Notes under the pieces: model-generated
Seen by the model: the letters and a program-made list of their open reading frames with translations, nothing else
What the model was told of the DNA's origin: nothing
Databases searched by the model: none
Part shown: positions 43,114 to 45,400 of the stretch, piece after piece
Layout of the letters: each line of letters opens with the position of its first letter
Position numbering within the stretch: position 1 is the stretch's first letter
Program-made: the position numbers and the translations under genes
Origin: Verrucomicrobiales bacterium
GTDB taxonomy: Bacteria > Verrucomicrobiota > Verrucomicrobiia > Limisphaerales > UBA9464
NCBI GenBank assembly: GCA_005801385.1
Contig: SYEM01000207.1
Location: 1 to 45,400, forward strand
Direction: 5' to 3'
Length of the DNA: 45,400 nt

Positions 43114-44817
43114 ATGCACCTTCATCGCCGCTCCTTCCTTCAGGCCACCGCGCTGGCCCCTTGGCTGGCCTCGTCCGCACTCGGCATCGGCAAGACCGTC
43201 GCCTCCCGGAACATCAAGGCCGACGTCGTCATCATCGGCGGAGGCCTCGGCGGCTGTGCCGCGGCCCTCGCCGCCTGCCGCGCCGGACTCAAGGTGCTGA
43301 TGACCGAGGAGACCACCTGGATCGGGGGACAGCTCACCTCGCAGGGGGTACCCCCGGATGAGCATCCCTGGATCGAGCAGTTCGGATGCACCGCCAGCTA
43401 TCGGGACTTCCGCAACCGGGCCCGACGGTACTATCGCGACCACTACCCGCTGACGCCGTCTGCTCGGGAGGCGACGTATCTGAACCCCGGGAATGGACTC
43501 GTCTCACGGCTCTGTCTGGAGCCCCGGGTGTCCCTCGCCGTGATCAACGGGATGCTGGCGCCGTTCCTCCGTGACCAGAAACTCCAGATCTGGCTCGAGC
43601 ACGTCCCGATCGCCGCCGAGACAGACGGTGACGTGGTCAAGACCGTCCGGGTCCGCAGCCTCCGCACCGGGGGAGAGGTCAACGTCGAGGCTCCCTACTT
43701 CATCGACGCCACGGAACTGGGGGATCTGCTGCCCCTGACCGGGACCGAATTCGTCATCGGTGCCGAGTCCCGCAAGGACACCGGGGAGCCCCATGCCCCC
43801 GAGATCGCCAGCCCACTCAACCAGCAGGCGGTCACCTGGTGCTTCGCCGTGGATTACGATCCCGGAGCGGACCACACGATCGCCAAGCCGGAGGACTACG
43901 CCTTCTGGCGGGACTACATCCCGAACCTGAGGCCGCCGTGGCCAGGCCGGCTGCTGAGCTGGGACATGAGCAACCCCATCACCCTCGAGAAGCGGGCGGT
44001 CTCCTTCGATCCCACGGGAGCCAAGACCTCCGGCCTCAATCTCTTCACCTACCGTCGTCTGCTCGACCCCGCCAACTTCGAGGGCAAGGGCGCCTGGAAG
44101 GACCTGACCCTCGTCAACTGGCCCCAGAACGACTACTGGATCGGCCCGATTCTCGGGGTCGACCCCGCCGAAGCGGCGCGCCATCTCCGTCGATCGAAGG
44201 AACTGAGCCTCGCCCTGCTCTACTGGATGCAAACCGAGGCGCCCCGACCCGATGGTGGAACAGGCTGGAAAGGACTCCGACCCCGTGGGGAATGCCTCGG
44301 GACCACGGATGGCTTGGCGAAGGCCGTCTACGTGCGCGAGGCACGCCGGATCCAGGCCGAGTTCACCGTGCTCGAGCAACACGTCGGCACGGAGTATCGG
44401 ATGAAGTCCACCGGCGCCTCGAAGGAGGAGGTCGTGGCGGCCCCGTTTGACGACAGTGTGGGAATCGGGGCCTATCGCATCGATCTCCACCCCAGCACGA
44501 CGGGGGACAACTACATCGACCTCAGCTCCCTGCCCTTCCAGATCCCGCTGGGCGCCCTCCTGCCGCGGCGCGTCGAGAACCTCCTGCCCGCCTGCAAGAA
44601 CATCGGCACGACGCACATCACCAACGGCTGCTACCGGCTGCATCCGGTAGAGTGGAACATCGGTGAAGCCGCGGGATGGCTGGCCGCCGAGGCGATCCGT
44701 CTCAAGGAACGCCCCCGCCACATCCGAAAATCGCCGAAACACCGAGCCGACTTCCAGGCACTGCTACGCCGGAACGGGTTCGAGCTCGAGTGGCCGAAAA
44801 AGGTCCACCCGCTTTGA
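43114..44817 (+). CDS. FAD-dependent oxidoreductase with twin-arginine signal (FAD_oxidored-like)
   Basis: Track ORF 42898..44817, trimmed to the ATG at 43114 (MHLHRRSFLQATALAPWLASSALG Tat signal). The dinucleotide motif is DVVIIGGGLGGCAAALAACRAG, followed by TWIGGQLTSQGVPPDEH. Confidence 0.8.
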   Translation: MHLHRRSFLQATALAPWLASSALGIGKTVASRNIKADVVIIGGGLGGCAAALAACRAGLKVLMTEETTWIGGQLTSQGVPPDEHPWIEQFGCTASYRDFRNRARRYYRDHYPLTPSAREATYLNPGNGLVSRLCLEPRVSLAVINGMLAPFLRDQKLQIWLEHVPIAAETDGDVVKTVRVRSLRTGGEVNVEAPYFIDATELGDLLPLTGTEFVIGAESRKDTGEPHAPEIASPLNQQAVTWCFAVDYDPGADHTIAKPEDYAFWRDYIPNLRPPWPGRLLSWDMSNPITLEKRAVSFDPTGAKTSGLNLFTYRRLLDPANFEGKGAWKDLTLVNWPQNDYWIGPILGVDPAEAARHLRRSKELSLALLYWMQTEAPRPDGGTGWKGLRPRGECLGTTDGLAKAVYVREARRIQAEFTVLEQHVGTEYRMKSTGASKEEVVAAPFDDSVGIGAYRIDLHPSTTGDNYIDLSSLPFQIPLGALLPRRVENLLPACKNIGTTHITNGCYRLHPVEWNIGEAAGWLAAEAIRLKERPRHIRKSPKHRADFQALLRRNGFELEWPKKVHPL

Positions 44818-45098
44818 GGGGGAAAGGGGGACTCACACGGCGACCCCAAGACGCGGAGGAAAGGCGATGGAGATCATGACAGAGGCGATGCCGGTAGGGC
44901 TGTGCTCCGTCACGGCCCCATCTGGATCCGCGGCACGTGGCGCACCCGTGAAGGGGGACGGTAGGGACCCACGTGTCATAGGATCCCGGCTCGCCCACCA
45001 GGTTTGCTCCACCCTCGCGGGTTTAGATGGGGACCTGAGGGACCAGGTCCCTACCAACGAGGGGTGCACCGCGCCTCACACCTCCGGCGAACTTGAGC

Positions 45099-45400
45099 TC
45101 ACCGAACTGAACTGAGGGCCGGGCGGAAACCCAGGGAGTTGAAGCGGCGGCCCGGGTCATAGCCCCGAGCGGCCGAGCGCACGTTCCCGGCGACGCAGTC
45201 CCAGCTGCCCCCGCGGCGCACGCGGACGGAGCCCGAGCTTGGACCTGTCGGATCGGTCACGCTCCCGGTCGGGTAGAAGCCATACCGGTCCCAGCACCAC
45301 TCCCACACGTTGCCGATCATGTCGTACAATCCCCAGGCGTTGGGGAGTTTCTGCCTCACGTTGCGCGTCGCATTTCCTGAATTCCAGTCCCACCACGCGA
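45099..45400 (-). CDS. formylglycine-generating enzyme (SUMF1/FGE-sulfatase) family protein; 5' end beyond window
   Basis: Track ORF 45099..45359 begins at a GTG, but the frame stays open to the window edge (my translation upstream: AWWDWNSGNATRN-VRQKLPNAWGLYDM...). GLYDMIGNVWEWCWD and VRRGGSW are the conserved FGE-sulfatase C-terminal motifs. Confidence 0.8.
   Translation of the reverse strand, partial: AWWDWNSGNATRNVRQKLPNAWGLYDMIGNVWEWCWDRYGFYPTGSVTDPTGPSSGSVRVRRGGSWDCVAGNVRSAARGYDPGRRFNSLGFRPALSSVR

Noticed and set aside
45099-45400. FGE-family enzyme maturing the DUF1501 sulfatase-like proteins
   Set aside because: Neither DUF1501 protein shows a C/S-x-P-x-R FGly motif at the expected position (GGVSHVD and GGPSQVD instead). 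The genes are also far apart.

Overview
GC-rich bacterial chromosomal window (roughly mid-60s % GC, judged by eye). The gene content is typical of the PVC superphylum, most likely Verrucomicrobiota and possibly Planctomycetota. All family names come from my own reading of motifs; no search was run.

Left to right:
- a truncated LolD-like ABC ATPase, a GYF_2-RDD membrane protein and a LysM coiled-coil protein
- a first PSCyt1/DUF1549/DUF1553 giant protein plus DUF1501 pair
- ComF, an atypical Ser/Thr kinase, a thioesterase, a lipoprotein, an OprB-like porin ending in a 19-bp tandem repeat, a DUF1080 protein and an RlmI-like methyltransferase
- an Ntn (choloylglycine-type) hydrolase interrupted by one in-frame TAG
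- a second DUF1549/DUF1553 plus DUF1501 pair on the opposite strand
- the housekeeping cluster rpsP-KH-trmD-rplS, without rimM
- an O-methyltransferase, two secreted PQQ-like beta-propeller proteins, two tandem paralogous lipoproteins and a second DUF1080 protein
- a Zn-ADH, DedA, a PQQ-type sugar dehydrogenase, glutamate dehydrogenase and a dGTPase-like HD protein
- a divergent TPP 2-ketoacid decarboxylase / aminotransferase pair, and an orphan 111-aa ORF
- a Bat-like operon (MoxR, DUF58, DUF4381, VWA, VWA, TPR/coiled-coil)
- a Tat-signal FAD oxidoreductase and a truncated FGE/SUMF1-family gene

I found no tRNA, rRNA, CRISPR array, transposase, integrase or recognisable defence system.

Nothing here is clearly a new system. 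The best candidates for poorly understood biology are:
- the central extracytoplasmic neighbourhood (propeller pair plus twin lipoproteins plus DUF1080)
- the two DUF1553/DUF1501 modules
- the interrupted hydrolase
- the kinase with non-canonical catalytic motifs
- the decarboxylase/aminotransferase pair

Many long ORFs in the supplied track are antisense artefacts of high GC content, and many track ORFs carry spurious N-terminal extensions. I trimmed those extensions to internal starts.
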